Shown here piece by piece: positions 54,255-62,833 of a stretch of DNA of 62,833 nt. A program made the translations under genes and the position numbers. Numbering within the stretch: the stretch's first letter is position 1; each line of letters opens with the position of its first letter. The notes under the pieces were generated by a model that ran no database searches, was not told where the DNA came from, and was given only the letters and a program-made list of their open reading frames with translations. Origin of the DNA: Bacteroidota bacterium (lineage in GTDB: Bacteria > Bacteroidota > Rhodothermia > Rhodothermales > UBA10348); assembly GCA_022571255.1 (NCBI GenBank), contig JACZYD010000003.1:1-62833 (forward strand). Reading direction: 5' to 3'.

Positions 54255-56180
54255 TTACCGGACCCAGGTGTTGTTCTCCCGAACATCGTCAGGGTATCGG
54301 TTCCGGGGGTCCAGCGTGACACGACGGACTTCGCGAGCATCGGACAACAGATAGACGAATCGCGAACCCTGATTCCACATTTCAACTGGAAATCGGATGA
54401 TCTCAGAAGTATTGTCTGCATACTCGATTTCCATCTCCACCGGCATGACCATTGCGAGGTGGTTGATGAGAACGATCTCGGTACTTGCGCCATCTGCATT
54501 CTGTACGCCGGAAACCGACTCCACCGCCTGGTCAAGACGCGCCACCGTCAACACCCAATCATGCCAGAACCAGTCGAGGTCCATGCCCGAAGCGTCTTTC
54601 ATGATGCGAAAAAAATCGGCAGGGGTCGGATGTTTATTGGCCCACGCGTCGATATAACTCCGAAATGCAAAATCGAAACGCTCTTCTCCCAGCACCTCAT
54701 GCCGGAGAAGCTGCAGCATCAGTGCCGGTTTCTGATAGGCCGACCAGAAGAGATTGTTCTGTTCAGCAGCCCGCGTAATAAGAGGTTGCTCTTTTCCGGG
54801 AACTGCGTTTTCTGCGTACAGGGCCAGTGGATTCCATTCGATCGAGCTTCCATAATCGGTCCCTTCGAAATATTCTGCGGCGCCCGCAAGGTCCATGAAT
54901 GTATTGAAACCTTCGTCCATCCACGGATAGAAACGTTCGTTGGATCCTACAAGCATCGGGAACCACTCGTGACCGAACTCATGGGAAATAACCCAGTGCA
55001 GATCCTCCCGCAACTCCATGGCCGGAACAAAGGTCAACATCGGATACTCCATACCTTCAATCAGTCCTTCGATCGTAGTGGCGTGCGAATACGGGTACAT
55101 GTACCACTGCTCGCTGAAATACCGAATCGACGCACGGGACATTTCGACGGCTTCTTCCCAGTTTGCGGCGCCGCGACGATACAACGCTTCGATGCGGATT
55201 CCATTCCAGTTCGTGGCGTCCCAGCGGAAATCGGGACTGGCCGCAAATGCGAAATCGCGCACATTCTCTGCCATAAAATGCCAGTCGATGGTGCCGCTGC
55301 CCGCTGGTCTGGTTTCCTCAGGATTTCCCGCCTCCGATTCCGTGATGATGGCCACGGATTCGGACTGCGTCATGGCGCGGCGAAGGCGCTCACGCTGTCG
55401 GGCCGTGAGTACTTCGTCGGCATTCTGCAGTTCGCCGGTGGCCGAAACAATAAAATCTCTCGGTACGGTGAGAGTTACATCGTAGTCGCCGTATTCCAGA
55501 TAGAATTCGCCGGCACCGATATACGGCTCCGCGTTCCAGCCACGAACGTCGTCGTAGACCGCCAATCGAGGGAACCACTGGGCTATTTCATACAGATCGC
55601 CGTCCCGACCCATTCGCGCGAGGCCGTATGGTGGAATCTTGAATTTCCATGTGAGTTCAAGAGTCGTCGTCGAACCCGGCGGAAGGGGCTCGTCGAAGTC
55701 GATCCTCATGGTGGTGCCATAAATCGTGTGATCGAGAACTCGACCGCTCGAGGAAATGCTTCCGATGGTCATTCCACCAACGAAACCCTGGCACGAAAAA
55801 TCAAAAACGGCACCCAGAAACACGAGGGGCGGCTGTTTGAGTCGGTTGCTGACACTTTCTGCTGCGCAGGCGTTCTGTTCGATATGCATCCAGAGGTAGG
55901 GCAGCGCGTCAGGAGAGTTGTTCCTGTACCGAATGGACTCTGCGCCGCTGATTTCCTGCTCGGCGGTATGGAGCGTGGCGTGGATTTCGTAGTCAACCTG
56001 TTGCTGCCAGTACATGTGACCAGGTCTTCCGGAAGCGTTTCTGTACGGATTCGGTGCGCGCAGATCGAGCGTCTGAAAGGGTGAAGACACCGCCATCGGT
56101 GCGGATTGCCCGGTCTGCGCATCCGCGGCGGCGGGAAAAAGAAAAAGAATTCCGATCAGAAACAGTGTGCTGAGCTTCAT
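54255..56180 (-). CDS. M1-family zinc aminopeptidase (secreted)
   Basis: ATG at 56180 gives signal peptide MKLSTLFLIGILFLFPAAADA. Has the HEFGHEWF (HExxH) motif and the downstream WMDEGFNTF glutamate. Confidence 0.9.
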   Translation of the reverse strand: MKLSTLFLIGILFLFPAAADAQTGQSAPMAVSSPFQTLDLRAPNPYRNASGRPGHMYWQQQVDYEIHATLHTAEQEISGAESIRYRNNSPDALPYLWMHIEQNACAAESVSNRLKQPPLVFLGAVFDFSCQGFVGGMTIGSISSSGRVLDHTIYGTTMRIDFDEPLPPGSTTTLELTWKFKIPPYGLARMGRDGDLYEIAQWFPRLAVYDDVRGWNAEPYIGAGEFYLEYGDYDVTLTVPRDFIVSATGELQNADEVLTARQRERLRRAMTQSESVAIITESEAGNPEETRPAGSGTIDWHFMAENVRDFAFAASPDFRWDATNWNGIRIEALYRRGAANWEEAVEMSRASIRYFSEQWYMYPYSHATTIEGLIEGMEYPMLTFVPAMELREDLHWVISHEFGHEWFPMLVGSNERFYPWMDEGFNTFMDLAGAAEYFEGTDYGSSIEWNPLALYAENAVPGKEQPLITRAAEQNNLFWSAYQKPALMLQLLRHEVLGEERFDFAFRSYIDAWANKHPTPADFFRIMKDASGMDLDWFWHDWVLTVARLDQAVESVSGVQNADGASTEIVLINHLAMVMPVEMEIEYADNTSEIIRFPVEMWNQGSRFVYLLSDAREVRRVTLDPRNRYPDDVRENNTWVR

Positions 56181-56317
56181 GGGGGATGGAGCGATTGATT
56201 TCAAGTGGATTTCCGTGTGAGCATCAGTAAGATAAGAGATAGAGAGGGCTGCAAAACGCACTGTTGTGTGCGGGTCGGCAGCAAGGGTATCCAGTCGCTG
56301 AATCTTTGAAACCGCTG

Positions 56318-56506
56318 CAACTACCGACCGGTAGGATTCGGTATAACACGGACCTGTTTGATGAGAAAACAATCGCGAACATGATCGAGGATCTCAAAAT
56401 GTGTCTGTTGGATATGGTCGAGCATCCCACTCGACCACTGGCCGGGTTGCCGAATTATCCACCCGCAGAGCGTCCGCTTCACGTGCCGGACAAGAGCTCT
56501 CCTTAG
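56318..56506 (+). pseudogene. stranded fragment of a nonribosomal peptide synthetase (C-terminal end of a condensation domain)
   Basis: LQLPTGRIRYNTDLFDEKTIANMIEDLKMCLLDMVEHPTRPLAGLPNYPPAER matches the conserved C-domain tail (..YNTDLFD..TI.RM......LL.......P...L..LP.....ER). There is no upstream or downstream NRPS sequence. Confidence 0.6.
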
Positions 56507-56828
56507 TCCACTTCCAGAATCTGCGTAACCCTTTCGACCATACCAGGAAGACGGAACTTTGTGGCGTTACCCTGTGCTCGAGGGAAAACGACGTTCTCGA
56601 AATTTGATTTGTACTCGTGTCTGACAGTTGTGCAGAAGATTGTTCTGGTATTTGATTAATGGGCGTGGCAGATCGCGAGAACCACAAATCGAAGGTACTC
56701 TTTTCCATCCCACATCAATTTGCGCTGAACATTCTGGCACAAGTCCGTACACTTGCTTCATGTTTTGCGTTCCGGCGGCGTGCAACACATCTACAACGCG
56801 ATCACCACATCTGAATAATCAGCAACGA

Positions 56829-59066
56829 ATGCAAAAATCAATCCGGAAGCTTTTCATCGTTGTGCTCACAAGCATACTCGTCAGTCTTTATACCGCTTCG
56901 CGCCCCTCTGCTCAAACTTTTGATCCTGTTTCGTCGCCTACTGCAAACCAAGTCACAGCAGTTTATGTCGACACGGCTCCTCGCATCGACGGCCACCTTG
57001 ACGATGCCCTGTGGGCGGACATTGAACCGATCACCAATTTTATCCAGAACTGGCCTGAGGACGGCGCGGCTGCGACGGAAAAAACGGAGGTTCGCATCGC
57101 CTATGATCGCGACAATCTCTATTTCGCGTTCAAGTTTTATGATCGAAATCCTGAGCTCATTCGGGCAAAGAATCTGAAACGGGGTGGGCGAAACGATCGC
57201 GACGACCACGCCTACATCGCGCTCGATACATATCTCGACGGACGAAATGCTTATCTGTTTGAGATGAACGCTCTGGGCACCCAGGACGATGCGACCATTA
57301 CGGACGAGCGGCTCAGCATCGACAGCTTCTCCTGGGATGCCGTGTATGAGAGCGAAACGCAGATCGATGACGAGGGTTGGTCCATGGAAGTATCCATACC
57401 CTTCCGGCAGCTTCGATTTCCAAAGGGGGATGAGATCGAATTTGGCCTGATGATTTCCCGGATGATCAATCGTAAAAATGAACGTGTGATGTGGCCCGCG
57501 ATCGGTCAGGAGTTCGGGAACAGTTTTTCAGCACTTCCGGCGGTCTCGCAGTACGGCCGCCTCAAAGGCCTGAAGAACATCCGGCGAGGGAAAAACATTG
57601 AAATTAAACCTTACGTAATCACCGGCTTGAACGAATCTCGGCCTGACTTACTCAGCGCAGATCTCGATTCTGATTTTACAAGAGACATCGGTGGCGAACT
57701 CAAATACGGTATTTCTTCGAATCTGACACTGGACTTGACGATCAATACGGATTTTGCTCAGGTCGAAGCGGACAATGTGCAACTCAATTTGACTCGATTC
57801 AGCCTTTTTTTCCCGGAGAAACGCGAATTTTTTCTGGAGCGGGCCGGGTTGTTTGAGCACGGGAATCCACGGTCGACCCAGACGTTTTTCTCACGTCGCA
57901 TCGGTCTCACAGACGACATTCTGGCCGGAGCCCGTATGACCGGACAAGTCAATCGGTTCTCTGTCGGTTTGCTCAATATTGAAGAAGGAGAGCGTATAGG
58001 AGATATTTTCGGGCCGTCGTCCGTCAACAATACGGTAGCACGTGTCCGGACAAATATTTTACCGCGTGCAACCGTCGGAGCCATTTTTACAAACGTTCAG
58101 GCTCAGGAGCGATACAACCGCGCAGCGGGTGTTGATGCCCAGTACCGATTTTTCAGTAAGAGTGAGGTAACCGGCTGGGTTACGCAGGTGTGGGATACCG
58201 TTGATTCTCTCAGCGACGCGGCCGGACATGTATCCGCACGATACCAGGACGATTTATATATGGCGCGGGCACAATTCACCAGTGTAGGGCGGAACTACAA
58301 TCCCGAACTCGGATTCGTGCGCCGCCGCGACATGCGCTCTTACAATGGGTCTGCGAGTTTCCGCCCGCTGGTACACATCGGATCGCTGCCGATTAGAAGG
58401 ATCGCCGCACAGGGAAGTTACAGTTACATCGAGAGCCAGCAAGGGCGAAAGCAGTCCACGCGGTCCGAAATAGAACTTCGCGCGGAATTTGATCGGCGCG
58501 ATAATTTTACTATCGAATTTCAAAATCGATTCGAACGACTGGATCAACTATTTTTTATTCGCCCCGACGCGGAAATACCGGTTGGCGATTATACGTTTTC
58601 GACGATCGCGCTGCGTGGTCAGACAGATTCAAGCCGACGCCTGTTTGCAACGGCGAGCGTCAGCAGCGGTGGGTTTTTCCACGGCGATCGAACCGATATT
58701 TCAGCGATGGTAGGATTCCGGCATTCCCAGTATCTGGCGTTGGAAGCCAGAGCAAAACAATCGCGCGTGGACCTTCCGATTGAAAATGGCAAGTTCGATG
58801 CTACCACGCTTTCGTTGAACATCCTGGCCGCTACGAGTCGCAAGTTATTTGGAGAGGCGCTGATTCAGTATGACAACTTCACGCGCAATCTGCAGGCGAA
58901 CATCCGCATTGACTGGATTCACACGCCGGGAAGTGATCTCTTCCTGGTTTTCAACACGACGTATTTTTTTGCGAGAGACACCGACGACTTGTTTGACCCG
59001 AACAGGAACGTCATTCTGACTGATCGCGTTGGCATTGCCAAAGTAACGTACCTGGTAATGTTATGA
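56829..59066 (+). CDS. DUF5916/CBM9-like N-terminal domain plus beta-barrel outer-membrane protein (paralogue 1)
   Basis: ATG at 56829 gives a signal peptide (MQKSIRKLFIVVLTSILVSLYTASRPSAQ). IDGHLDDALWADIEPITNFIQNWPEDG module, then ~550 aa of strand-like repeats ending ...AKVTYLVML. Confidence 0.78.
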   Translation: MQKSIRKLFIVVLTSILVSLYTASRPSAQTFDPVSSPTANQVTAVYVDTAPRIDGHLDDALWADIEPITNFIQNWPEDGAAATEKTEVRIAYDRDNLYFAFKFYDRNPELIRAKNLKRGGRNDRDDHAYIALDTYLDGRNAYLFEMNALGTQDDATITDERLSIDSFSWDAVYESETQIDDEGWSMEVSIPFRQLRFPKGDEIEFGLMISRMINRKNERVMWPAIGQEFGNSFSALPAVSQYGRLKGLKNIRRGKNIEIKPYVITGLNESRPDLLSADLDSDFTRDIGGELKYGISSNLTLDLTINTDFAQVEADNVQLNLTRFSLFFPEKREFFLERAGLFEHGNPRSTQTFFSRRIGLTDDILAGARMTGQVNRFSVGLLNIEEGERIGDIFGPSSVNNTVARVRTNILPRATVGAIFTNVQAQERYNRAAGVDAQYRFFSKSEVTGWVTQVWDTVDSLSDAAGHVSARYQDDLYMARAQFTSVGRNYNPELGFVRRRDMRSYNGSASFRPLVHIGSLPIRRIAAQGSYSYIESQQGRKQSTRSEIELRAEFDRRDNFTIEFQNRFERLDQLFFIRPDAEIPVGDYTFSTIALRGQTDSSRRLFATASVSSGGFFHGDRTDISAMVGFRHSQYLALEARAKQSRVDLPIENGKFDATTLSLNILAATSRKLFGEALIQYDNFTRNLQANIRIDWIHTPGSDLFLVFNTTYFFARDTDDLFDPNRNVILTDRVGIAKVTYLVML

Positions 59067-59156
59067 ATCATGGAAGTTTATGACGCAGCATCGGGTAAAC
59101 TTCCCGGATACAACCGGCAAATCACGAATTACTGTCAGGTGTTAAAAGACGTTTTC

Positions 59157-61385
59157 ATGACTGAGTCCTTCCCGTCCGTTTTTTTTGTTTCTATTATTGC
59201 AACCCTGTTTGTCACGCCGGTGTCAGCGCAGACGAGAGAGCGGGTGCCCGCGCCGACCGCGAACGAAGTCACTGCCGTATTTGCAAAAGAACCGCCGCGC
59301 ATCGACGGGTTCCTGGACGACGCCATCTGGGCAGAGATCGAACCCATTACGGAATTCATACAGAACTGGCCCGACGACGGCGCGCCGGGAACCGAACGAT
59401 CGGAGGTGCGCGTGGCTTATGACCGCGATTTCCTTTATTTCGCACTCAAATTCTATGATCGGAACCCCGAACTTATCGAGGCCAATGTCATGAAGAGAGG
59501 CGGTCGCAACAGTCGTGATGACCATGCTCATATCGCCATCGATACGTACCTCGACCGGCGAAACGCTTATCTGTTCGAGATGACCGCACTCGGTACGCAG
59601 GACGACGCGACCCTGACGGACGAGCGACTCACCATGGACAGTTTTTCCTGGGACGCCGTTTATGAGAGTGAGACTCAGATCGACGATGAGGGCTGGTCCA
59701 TGGAAGTATCCATACCCTTCCGGCAACTCCGGTTCCCAAAGGGGGATGAACTCGAATTCGGCCTCATGATTTCCCGCGCGATCAGTCGGAAAAACGAGCG
59801 CGTCGTGTGGCCTGCAATCGGGCTTGAATACGGGCAGGGATACGGAGTGATACCTGCCGTCTCGCAATACGGGACGCTGAAGGGCCTGAAAAACATTCGG
59901 CGCGGGAAAAATATAGAATTCAAGCCCTACGTCATTACCAGTGTACAGGAAACCCGCCCGGACGGGCTCCATGGTAAATTGGATTCTGAGTTCAAAAAAG
60001 ACATTGGCGGGGATTTGAAGTACGGCATTACATCGAGTCTGACGATGGACCTCACGGTCAATACGGACTTTGCACAGGTCGAAGCGGATAATGTGCAGCT
60101 GAATCTGACGCGGTTCAGTTTGTTCTTTCCGGAGAAAAGAGAATTTTTCCTGGAGCGGTCAGGCCTCTTTGAACATGGGAATCCCCGTTCGACCCAGACG
60201 TTTTTTTCACGTCGAATCGGACTCGATGCGGATATTCTGGCCGGACTGCGCCTGACGGGGCAGGTCAATCGTATTTCGGTCGGCCTGCTCAATGTGGAGG
60301 AAGGAGACAAGATGGGTGATATTTTTGGTACAAAATCCGTAAACAGCTCGGTAGTACGCATCCGTTCGAATGTATTCCCGCGGGGTACGGTTGGCGCCAT
60401 ATTCACAAATGTACAGGCCCAGGGGCGCTATAACCGGGCAGCGGGTGTTGATGCGCAATACCGCTTCTTCAGCGCGAGCGAAGTCACCGGATGGGTTACG
60501 CAGGTCTGGGATACCGTGGATTCGCTCCGGGATGCGGCCGGTCATATTTCCGCGCGTTTTCAGGACGATCTGTACATGGCGCAGGCACAATTCACGAGCG
60601 TCGGACGCAATTACAGACCAGAACTCGGATTCGTGCGACGGCTCGACATGCGCGAGTACAGCGCCGAGATCGCCTACAAGCCGGTCGTCAGTCTTTCTGC
60701 CCTTCCGATGATCAGAAGAATAACGATCAAGGGTGATTACAATTTCATCGAGAACCAGAGGGGGCGAAAACAATCGACTCGATCCAAAATTGAAATCAGG
60801 GCACAGGCTCAACGCTCGGACAATGTGACGGTTGATGTAGAGAATCGATTCGAGCGTCTGGATCAACCGTTTTTCATCAGGCCCGATGTGGAAATTCCAG
60901 TTGGCGACTATAATTTCGTCACGGTTGGTCTGCGTGTCAGAACAGACGACAGCAGACGGCAGTATAGCAGGGTCAGTATAAGCACAGGGGCGTTTTTTAA
61001 CGGGGATCGGACGGATCTGTCCCTTACATTGGGTTTTCGACAGTCAAAATACTTGCAGCTCGAAGCGAGGGTCAGGCAATCCCGAATTGATCTTCCGGTT
61101 GAGAATGGCAGATTCGATGCCACAACGCTCACCATGACCATACTCGGTGCGACAAGTCGGAAATTGTTTGGCGAGGCTCTCGTGCAGTATGATAATTTCA
61201 CGCGCAACCTTCAGTCAAACATCCGCATCGATTGGATTCACACGCCCGGCAGCGATTTGTTTATCGTTTTCAATACGTCCTATTTTTTTCCTCTGGATAA
61301 CGACGAGTTGTTTGATCCGAACAGAAACGTGATTCTGACTGATCGGGCGGCTGTTGCCAAGGTTACCTATCTGGTAATGCTGTAA
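59157..61385 (+). CDS. DUF5916/CBM9-like N-terminal domain plus beta-barrel outer-membrane protein (paralogue 2)
   Basis: ATG at 59157 gives a signal peptide (MTESFPSVFFVSIIATLFVTPVSAQ). Colinear with paralogue 1 over the whole length, with the identical C-terminus AKVTYLVML. Confidence 0.78.
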   Translation: MTESFPSVFFVSIIATLFVTPVSAQTRERVPAPTANEVTAVFAKEPPRIDGFLDDAIWAEIEPITEFIQNWPDDGAPGTERSEVRVAYDRDFLYFALKFYDRNPELIEANVMKRGGRNSRDDHAHIAIDTYLDRRNAYLFEMTALGTQDDATLTDERLTMDSFSWDAVYESETQIDDEGWSMEVSIPFRQLRFPKGDELEFGLMISRAISRKNERVVWPAIGLEYGQGYGVIPAVSQYGTLKGLKNIRRGKNIEFKPYVITSVQETRPDGLHGKLDSEFKKDIGGDLKYGITSSLTMDLTVNTDFAQVEADNVQLNLTRFSLFFPEKREFFLERSGLFEHGNPRSTQTFFSRRIGLDADILAGLRLTGQVNRISVGLLNVEEGDKMGDIFGTKSVNSSVVRIRSNVFPRGTVGAIFTNVQAQGRYNRAAGVDAQYRFFSASEVTGWVTQVWDTVDSLRDAAGHISARFQDDLYMAQAQFTSVGRNYRPELGFVRRLDMREYSAEIAYKPVVSLSALPMIRRITIKGDYNFIENQRGRKQSTRSKIEIRAQAQRSDNVTVDVENRFERLDQPFFIRPDVEIPVGDYNFVTVGLRVRTDDSRRQYSRVSISTGAFFNGDRTDLSLTLGFRQSKYLQLEARVRQSRIDLPVENGRFDATTLTMTILGATSRKLFGEALVQYDNFTRNLQSNIRIDWIHTPGSDLFIVFNTSYFFPLDNDELFDPNRNVILTDRAAVAKVTYLVML

Positions 61386-61560
61386 CTCAGGCCGCGCGCC
61401 CGCACCGCTCGGTTCCAAGCTCGGGGCCCGGGGCCATTGCCGGGCCGCTCGGTTCCAAGCCCGGGGTCCGCGCCGCGCCGTTTCCTGCGGCTTGCGCCGC
61501 GCCGCTCGCCCGGGGTCCGCGCCTGCCCGGGGCTTCCTCTCCCGTCACACCCCGGAATCC
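61386..61560. repeat. GC-rich (~80% by eye) internally repetitive non-coding island
   Basis: ccgctcggttccaagcYcgggg appears twice (61408, 61447) and cccggggtccgcgcc appears twice (61463, 61511). Several CCGGG/CCCGG hairpins. Surrounding DNA is ~50% GC. Confidence 0.8.
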
Positions 61561-61569
61561 CAGACTTTG

Positions 61570-61585
61570 ATAAGACGCGTCTTAT
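61570..61585. promoter_or_regulatory. perfect 16-nt palindrome ATAAGACGCGTCTTAT ~70 nt upstream of the oxidoreductase gene (candidate operator)
   Basis: Read directly. Followed by a tatatt -10-like hexamer at 61588-61593. Confidence 0.35.
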
Positions 61586-61653
61586 GGTATATTCAATGTC
61601 GGCTGTGCACTACCGGCCGATTTTCCGAAATCGAAGATATACGGAATATTGAT

Positions 61654-62833
61654 ATGAGCAACAGCGCGCAAAAGGAAGTAAAATTTCCGGGCATTCCCAC
61701 CACTTCCGACGGCTCAGGAGCCGTGGTGTGGGTAGAGACCCATATCGCGCAGGGTGCCGGCGCGTACCCCATCACAAGTTCCACGGAGATGGCACATGGC
61801 TTCAACCGATCAATTGTGAACGGAGAAACCAACCTTTGGGGAGAGACTTTGCAGTTTTTCGAGCCCGAGAGCGAACACAGCTCCGCCACTGTTTGTGAGG
61901 GATTTGCATTGGCAGGAGGCCGGGTAACGAATTTCACGTCCGGTCAGGGTCTCATTCTGATGAAAGAAGTCCTGTATACGATCAGCGGCAAGCGACTTCC
62001 TGTGGTTTTTCACATCGGGGCACGGGCGCTGACCAGCCAGAGCCTCAATGTGCATGCCGGTCATGACGACGTGATGGGAGTCGAAGATGTGGGATGGGGC
62101 ATGTTGTTCACCCGAAATGCGCAGGGCGCTGCCGATCTCGCTTTGATCGCTCGAAGAGCGGCTGAAGAATGTTCTACGCCATTTTTTAACGTTCAGGACG
62201 GTTTTCTGACGACACATACGGTGGAAAACATTCTGTTGCCGGAAAAAGAGCTGATGAAAGATTTCGTAGGAAATCCGGCTGATTCGCTGCACAATTTTTT
62301 TGATCCCTACAATCCGATCATGACGGGTGTGGTCCAGAATCAGGACAGCTACATGAAGGGTAAAATTGCTCAGCGTTTTTATTATGATCGTGTGCTGGAC
62401 GCGGTCAAAAGTGCGATGAACGATTATGCAGAGCTGACCGGTCGTACCTATAAAGTCGTTGAATCTTATCGGATGGATGACGCTGAATACGCCATTGTCG
62501 GCATGGGCTCGCTCATCGATACAGCCGAAGTCACGGTGGATTGGATTCGGGAGCATATGGGGATCAAGGTTGGAGCCGTACACGTGACATGTTTCCGGCC
62601 GTTTCCGGGTGCCGAGATCGTTGACGCGCTCAAAAACGTGAAGGCGTTCTCTATACTCGAGCGCATGGATAATCCCATGGCGCAGTCGAATCCGTTGACA
62701 AGAGAGATAAAAGCTGCCTTCGCCGACGCCGTGGTTGGTCTGGAAGGATACCCGAAGATTGATCACATTCCATCAATCTATTCCGGTTCTGCGGGTCTTG
62801 GCTCATGCGACATCCGGGCCGGTCACTTTATTT
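61654..62833 (+). CDS. pyruvate:ferredoxin (2-oxoacid:acceptor) oxidoreductase, N-terminal part; runs off the window
   Basis: Absent from the ORF track because it has no stop. The frame is open from ATG 61654 to the window end: MSNSAQKEVKFPGIPTTSDGSGAVVWVETHIAQGAGAYPITSSTEM...EPESEHSSATVCEGFALAGGRVTNFTSGQGLILMKEVLY...VVFHIGARALTSQSLNVHAGHDDVM (PFOR domain I). The 318-aa minus-strand ORF 61810..62766 is its shadow. Confidence 0.9.
   Translation, partial: MSNSAQKEVKFPGIPTTSDGSGAVVWVETHIAQGAGAYPITSSTEMAHGFNRSIVNGETNLWGETLQFFEPESEHSSATVCEGFALAGGRVTNFTSGQGLILMKEVLYTISGKRLPVVFHIGARALTSQSLNVHAGHDDVMGVEDVGWGMLFTRNAQGAADLALIARRAAEECSTPFFNVQDGFLTTHTVENILLPEKELMKDFVGNPADSLHNFFDPYNPIMTGVVQNQDSYMKGKIAQRFYYDRVLDAVKSAMNDYAELTGRTYKVVESYRMDDAEYAIVGMGSLIDTAEVTVDWIREHMGIKVGAVHVTCFRPFPGAEIVDALKNVKAFSILERMDNPMAQSNPLTREIKAAFADAVVGLEGYPKIDHIPSIYSGSAGLGSCDIRAGHFI

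Noticed and set aside
54459-56084. 541-aa plus-strand ORF. Similar long antisense ORFs occur at 51828-52706, 53178-53897, 59223-59972, 60207-60866, 61810-62766, 33459-33986 and 37974-38558.
   Set aside because: Each lies wholly inside, and antisense to, a gene with clear family motifs (M1 peptidase, thrS, nirK, DUF5916, PFOR, ABC, arsM). Their translations are Arg/Ser/Gly-rich with no motifs, so they are shadow ORFs.
61437-61652. 71-aa ORF across the GC-rich island.
   Set aside because: The Pro/Arg/Gly-rich translation is a by-product of ~80% GC repeats, and there is no start context.
1-62833. Searched for tRNA/rRNA/tmRNA genes, CRISPR arrays, integrases, transposases, reverse transcriptases and known defence-system genes.
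   Set aside because: None was recognised. The only mobile-element-like signals are the Endo VII-like gene with the duplicated M28 3' end, and the foreign sequence at the metG 5' edge.

Overview
62.8-kb chromosomal window of about 50% GC. All calls rest on reading the ORF translations and the DNA by eye; no database search was run. Protein styles (Bacteroidetes-type MetRS, a TPR/DUF4292-like/M23 trio, DUF5916-type proteins, few Shine-Dalgarno sites) suggest an FCB-group bacterium (Bacteroidota/Rhodothermota/Balneolota-like); this is inference only.

Ordinary content:
- Housekeeping block on the minus strand: thrS-infC-rpmI-rplT-pheS-pheT-(coiled-coil)-zapA.
- Also lpdA, cfa, a CcmF-like haem lyase, two heterodimer-type ABC exporters, arsR-arsM, M1/M23/M28 peptidases, a 7-haem cytochrome c-TPR protein beside a NarL-type two-component pair, and the 5' part of a pyruvate:ferredoxin oxidoreductase running off the window.

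Signalling content:
- A 7-gene co-directional block: RsbW-like kinase, STAS, ECF sigma, anti-sigma, a charged 5-residue-repeat membrane protein, an HExxH/beta-propeller/beta-barrel protein, and a PrsW protease.
- A Hanks kinase / STAS / GAF-PP2C block.

No rRNA, tRNA, CRISPR array, integrase or transposase was seen.

Most unusual observations:
1. At least nine short tandem-repeat arrays (units of 6-24 nt) sit on or next to start or stop codons. Several replicate the last codons plus the stop codon of a gene.
2. The last 59 codons of the M28 peptidase gene are duplicated 381 nt downstream with almost purely synonymous divergence. A degenerate endonuclease VII-like gene follows, which looks like a remnant of an integrative or homing element.
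3. Several broken genes lie in one window: metG lacks its HIGH-motif half and is fused to foreign sequence at the window edge, nirK has an internal out-of-frame deletion, and there is a stranded NRPS condensation-domain tail.
4. An approximately 80% GC repeat island (by eye) and a perfect 16-nt palindrome lie upstream of the oxidoreductase gene.
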